Assembly: GCA_964413535.1 (NCBI GenBank)
Contig: CAYPTB010000058.1
Location: 1-64,000 of the forward strand
Direction: 5' to 3'
DNA: 64,000 bases
Source of the DNA: an uncultured Planctomycetaceae bacterium
Lineage (GTDB): Bacteria; Planctomycetota; UBA1135; GCA-002686595
In this document: positions 63,361 to 64,000 of the stretch, piece after piece
How positions within the stretch are numbered: position 1 is the stretch's first letter
How the letters are laid out: every line of letters begins with the position of its first letter
The notes under the pieces: generated by a model
The model's input: the letters and a program-made list of their open reading frames with translations, nothing else
The model's database searches: none
What the model was told of the DNA's origin: nothing
Made by a program: the position numbers and the translations under genes

Positions 63361-63998
63361 CAGTCCGATGGCCAGTTACGCAGTGCCAGGAGCGCACTCG
63401 TGGAGCTGGTCTTGGCAGACAGGGAGTGGATGAGGGCGGCGAGCGCGCGTTCTACGTCGCGCTCGACGGATTCGGCGACACGACCCTCGCGTCGCGCGAA
63501 GTCCTGGGCCGTGGCGCCGAGGACTGCGATCGCGAAGAAGCTCCTGCGCACATCCGGGGCGAGCGCGTTGAACGCGACGCAACTCGAACGAGCTTCGTTC
63601 GGCTCCATGCCGAAGAGGTCGCCGACCACGGCGTAGTGGGCGGGGCGCTCGACGGCCAGGTTCCGGCGCTCGCCCGCATCGTCCTCTTCGAGGAGCTCGC
63701 GGATGCTGTGATCGATGCGCGCCTCGAGCCACGCATCCACGGGCGGCGTTCCCCGATAGCTGTAGCCGGCGTAGGCGGTGCGGGAAAGAGCTCGATTGAA
63801 GAGTCTCGGCTTCGAGATCAGGTACGCGAGCTGATTCCTGCGCGCGAAACATCGCAACCGCAGGTCGAGCGGATCGTCGTCGTAGAGTCGGGGAAGAAGG
63901 TCGCTCGGCGCGGATCGGAAGAAGGTCGAGATGTCGATCCGCACGCGGGGAGGGGATCCTCCACCGTACAGATCCCATCCGTCCGTTCCTTCTCCCAT
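63357..63998 (-). CDS. Putative divergent ECF-like sigma factor (213 aa) with a sigma-70 region-4-like HTH at the C-terminus
   Basis: ALAPDVRRSFFAIAVLGATAQDFARREGRVAESVERDVERALAAL resembles region 4 (L...R.V..L..L.G.S..EIA...G...GTVKSRL.RA...L). VDAWLEARIDHSIRELLE resembles region 2.2-2.3. The start is ATG at 63998, 2 nt from the window end. The assignment is tentative. Confidence 0.35.
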   Translation of the reverse strand: MGEGTDGWDLYGGGSPPRVRIDISTFFRSAPSDLLPRLYDDDPLDLRLRCFARRNQLAYLISKPRLFNRALSRTAYAGYSYRGTPPVDAWLEARIDHSIRELLEEDDAGERRNLAVERPAHYAVVGDLFGMEPNEARSSCVAFNALAPDVRRSFFAIAVLGATAQDFARREGRVAESVERDVERALAALIHSLSAKTSSTSALLALRNWPSDW

Positions 63999-64000
63999 GG

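Noticed and set aside
1-64000. CRISPR arrays, rRNA, IS elements/transposases, phage integrases
   Set aside because: No short regularly spaced repeats, no transposase/integrase-like translations and no rRNA-like sequence were seen in any frame.

Overview
High-GC (about 70%) bacterial chromosomal window. The gene content looks like a Gram-negative, signalling-rich lineage such as Myxococcota, but that placement is inference only. I can support about 50 CDS and one tRNA-Arg(CCU); there is no CRISPR array, rRNA, transposase or integrase. Because of the GC content, most of the long Arg/Ala-rich ORFs in the six-frame track are off-frame artefacts and are listed as rejected. The supportable content is housekeeping genes (proS, slyD, an RlmN-like radical SAM enzyme, a DEAD-box helicase, and a chorismate mutase/prephenate dehydratase/ACT fused to DAHP synthase) interleaved with accessory material. 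Five things stand out. (1) Two loci share the same logic: an ECF-type sigma domain coupled, through one membrane anchor, to long extracytoplasmic arrays of carboxypeptidase-regulatory-like (transthyretin-like) beta-sandwich repeats. The native-GC locus (4.9-8.0 kb) has these in one fused polypeptide. The locus at the window end (59.0-64.0 kb) has about 10% lower GC and splits the same parts into a sigma-like protein, a TPR-like protein, a candidate small secreted peptide and a 1063-aa membrane-anchored repeat protein. (2) A SWIM-SNF2 helicase gene lies exactly between two decayed direct repeats that are remnants of a small nucleotidyltransferase-fold gene, and is followed by a baeRF/Host_attach-like protein. 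(3) There are two STK-associated ECF sigma / Ser-Thr kinase pairs, one with a 4-nt start/stop overlap and one convergent. (4) A tRNA-Arg gene is flanked by a class II Fic protein, an AbiEii-like nucleotidyltransferase and a 983-aa secreted FG-GAP/beta-helix protein. (5) The DEAD-box helicase has its Q-motif upstream of any canonical start codon. Gene calls are domain-level pattern recognition only; I ran no searches.
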